NCBI GenBank assembly: GCA_977016875.1
Contig: CDRNST010000057.1
Location: 496,001 to 560,000 of the forward strand
Direction of reading: 5' to 3'
DNA length: 64,000 nucleotides
DNA from: Pavona decussata
Lineage: Eukaryota
In this document: positions 63,604 through 64,000 of the stretch, in pieces
Numbering within the stretch: position 1 is the first letter of the stretch
Layout of the letters: the number at the start of each line of letters is the position of its first letter
Position numbers and translations under genes: made by a program
Notes under the pieces: model-generated
What the model saw: the letters and a program-made list of their open reading frames with translations, nothing else
Told to the model about the DNA's origin: nothing
The model's database searches: none

Positions 63604-64000
63604 CCGGTCTAAAAAATATCTCGATTCTTGCCAAAAATTTCCGGGTAAATAGAATTCTTCACAAGAAGGAAAATTTGCAAGATCGTTATCTTCCACGATT
63701 TCTTTTTTCTGCATTTTTCTTGGCCTCGTTTAACTTTCGCAAATTTGTCATGTGATTAATCAGCCTTCAGGGCCACATAATAAATTCACAAAGTACAGTA
63801 TTTACCAGTTCAGCTTTTGAAACCGGAATATTTAGGTTTTAAGCAAGTTAAATTTAATGAAAGTTTTTTTCTAGTCTGAAGTCCGAGTGCTTGTTTGGAT
63901 TTTTAGTGAAAGTACATTTTTCCATACTAATATACTCGATGTATATTTGTTTCAAGCTGCAAAACTCTTTGCTTCCTATGACTTTGACATTTTCTTGCTT

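Noticed and set aside
1-64000. CRISPR arrays, operons, prokaryotic defence systems, rRNA
   Set aside because: The sequence is spliceosomal eukaryotic DNA; I saw no regularly spaced repeat-spacer array or rRNA signature.

Overview
This is AT-rich, intron-rich animal genomic DNA, not prokaryotic. The mix of repeats (many short palindromic or terminal-inverted-repeat (TIR) MITEs, tRNA-derived SINEs, Penelope-like remnants) suggests an anthozoan, probably a stony coral (inference). Most entries in the ORF track are spurious, so I rebuilt the real genes by hand from GT-AG exons with phase checks. Four plus-strand genes are well supported: (1) the 3' part of a canonical calumenin (CREC family, ends HDEF); (2) a complete, divergent tandem calumenin paralog (336 aa, 6 exons); (3) RNF141 (239 aa, 7 exons including a 25-nt microexon); (4) an ARHGEF39-like DH-PH RhoGEF (606 aa, 14 exons). 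Gene 4 has a ~245-aa tail rich in CDK sites, with a KEN box, ending in a CaaX box (CVVM). There is also a probable small orphan gene near 59.6-60.7 kb, a decayed minus-strand gene at ~19.8-21.4 kb, a decayed Penelope GIY-YIG fragment and two assembly gaps. The most notable observations are a 182-bp spacerless intronic palindrome whose arms each fold as a minimal hammerhead ribozyme with a compensatory U3-A8 core, the predicted prenylated cell-cycle-type RhoGEF, the diverged calumenin duplicate, and a frame-coupled tandem donor plus microexon in RNF141.
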